A DNA stretch of 64,000 bases from Cetorhinus maximus (taxonomy: Eukaryota). The stretch is from contig NC_135881.1 in the NCBI RefSeq assembly GCF_964194155.1, forward strand, positions 111,290,001-111,354,000, written 5' to 3'. Of the stretch, positions 62,201 to 64,000 are shown piece by piece (position 1 is the stretch's first letter; every line of letters begins with the position of its first letter). A model generated the notes under the pieces. That model ran no database searches and was not told the origin of the DNA. It was given only the letters and a program-made list of their open reading frames with translations. A program made the translations under genes and the position numbers.

Positions 62201-63044
62201 GCATATACATAGCAGATGCAGTATAGCGTGGATGACTGTGAAATTATCCACTTTGGTAGGAAAAACAGAATGGCGGAGTATTATTTAAATGATGATAGAT
62301 TGGGAAATGTTGATGTACAAAGAGTCCTGGGTGTCCTTGTACACCAGTCACTGGAAGCAAGCATGCAGATGCTGCAAACAGTTAAGAAGGCAAATGGTAT
62401 GTTGGTCTTCATTGCGAGAGGACTTGAGGACAGGAACAATGATGTCTTACTGCAGCTGTACTGGGCCTTGGTGAGACCACACCTGGACTGTTATGTGCAG
62501 TTTTGGTCTCCTTACCTAAGAAAGGATATACTTGTTATAGAGGGAGTGCAGAGAAAGTTCACCACGCTGATTCCTAGGATGGCAGGATTGTCGTATGAGG
62601 AGAGATTTGGCCAACTCGGCCTGTATTCACTGGAGTTTAGAAGAATGAGAGGGGATGTCATTGAAATGTATAAAATTCTGACAGGGCTGGACAGACTGGA
62701 TGCAGGGATGATATTTCCTCTGGCTGGGGAGGTCTAGAACAAGGGGTCACAGTCTCAGGATACTGGGTAGGCCATTTAGGACTGAGATGAGGAGAAATCT
62801 CTTCACTCAGAGGGCGGTGAACCTGTGGAATTCTCTATCACAGAAGGCTGTGGAGGCCAAGTCACTGAATATATTTAAAAAGGAAATAGATTTCTGAACT
62901 CTAAAGGCATCAAGGGATATGGGGAGAGAGTTGGATTATGGCGTTGAGATAGAGGATCAGCCATGATCATATTAAATGGTGGAGCAGGCTCACAGGGCCA
63001 AATGACCTACTCCTGCTTCTATTTTCAATGTTTCTATGTTTCTT
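59293..63044 (+). mobile_element. CR1 LINE ORF2 (APE endonuclease plus RT), 5'-truncated, internally deleted and disrupted
   Basis: ITETWL, GDFN, PLGNSDHN, VYLDFQKAFDKVP, SVLGPQLF and LVRPHLDCYVQFWSP; TTTCTATGTTTC tail. Confidence 0.92.
59622..60976 (-). mobile_element. Internally deleted LINE family B copy with a tRNA-SINE-type 5' head, endonuclease ORF and LINE tail
   Basis: TSD AATCAT/AATTAT; A and B boxes; NIWGL..K...IVILTESY...DR..RGGG...VGDLNVHH...LDLILTN...SDH. Confidence 0.88.
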
Positions 63045-63720
63045 TGCTGTGAGTGATATGTCCTATGTCACAAGCCACTGCCATGCACTAATTATCTCTC
63101 CTTGTGTTCGCAGGCACATCTGGGAAACTGCCAAGAGAGTCCATGACCCAGGGCCTCCAATCAAGCCCCGAGGGAAGCTCAGAAAAGGAATCCGCTGAAA
63201 CCCTCCCTAAAGACCCATCGCAATGCTCACCCACACCCTCCACCAGAGCAGAGACACACACCTCGGTGGGATCAAGCTTTACAATAACCTCGGGATCACA
63301 ATCTGGTGAGCACATTGCACTTTCTGATCCACAGCAGACGGCAGCAGGAGCTTCCCAGCTTATGAAAGACTTCAGCAGAGAAACAGGCTGAAGAGGTCTC
63401 TCTCTCCCCCTGGAACAAGTGCTGTACCTGGTTCAAGAAGTCACCATACCAATATCTACCAATGAACCAAGATCTCATAAGAATTGCAATACCTTCTACA
63501 TCTATCTGCATCCAAGGAACCAACTAAGTTAAATCTGTTGCAAGGTTTAACAACCTATGCCTCAAGGACAAGCAAAGGAAATCTAACCATATATTTCTTT
63601 TAAATTTGAACTCTAACCTTCCTTATTTCTGATACCTGTGTGTTTGTGTGACATAGCATCTTTTATTATTTCCCTGTGGTTTAGTGGTTTAGTTCACTCC
63701 CTCCTTTCAATCATAGCTCA

Positions 63721-64000
63721 TGTGATGTACTGTGGGGGCTCCGACCAGTGAGCTCTTAGCACGGGCAATCCGCGGGGCGAGGTTTTTCCAATGAGAGATC
63801 TGGTTGAGCGTGCGAGCCCTGAAAATGTCTCTGTAATAAAGTTTAACTGTTTTTTGACGAAACCAGTCTGCTGCATAGAGTCATCACATCTGGTAACGAG
63901 GGTAAAATCAACTTTGACTCTGCACCTCACCTTGTTACTGTGAGTAAATTAACTTTTTTAAAAACTACTCACCAGTCATGCCGCTGCTTGGATGAATCAA
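63721..64000 (+). mobile_element. Gypsy 5' LTR (63721-63888), PBS and probable gag start, continuing beyond the window
   Basis: TGTGATG...CATCACA 7-bp inverted termini; AATAAA; PBS-like TGGTAACGAG; ATG at 63978. Confidence 0.75.

Larger units (their letters stand above)
58349..63360 (+). mobile_element. Harbinger terminus and Myb gene (58627-59292 and 63045-63360) split by a CR1 insertion
   Basis: TIR-like GGGCCGAATCGTCCC; LLDAVEARRDVLYP...QCCKRMNDL and KLAHNKRKRSQTGGG. The flanks rejoin relative to the copy at 30040-30100. Confidence 0.88.

Overview
Eukaryotic, CpG-depleted, repeat-dense vertebrate DNA. The repeat inventory (CR1-type LINEs, a tRNA-headed SINE, Penelope-like elements, Harbinger DNA transposons) suggests a cartilaginous fish such as a shark; this is inference. 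I see no intact host protein-coding gene, rRNA, tRNA gene or CRISPR array, and most ORF-track entries are spurious or fragments of decayed transposons. The window is dominated by PIF/Harbinger elements carrying a DDE transposase and a convergent three-exon Myb/SANT gene. These include one structurally complete but inactivated copy (26080-31021, TIRs plus ATA TSD), several Myb-only derivatives, MITEs and nested insertions. Also present are two CR1-group LINE families, Gypsy LTRs and an integrase fragment, Penelope GIY-YIG fragments with hammerhead-ribozyme-like terminal repeats, and one weak candidate terminal exon. The most notable observations are (1) a LINE whose 5' end is the tRNA-derived SINE body fused directly to an APE endonuclease ORF, (2) a transposase-less Harbinger family that keeps its Myb gene, (3) a C-NWN-G Harbinger target pattern, and (4) a 140-bp TSD-flanked hammerhead-like insertion. 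None is demonstrated novel without database searches. Boundaries lacking a stated TIR or TSD are approximate.
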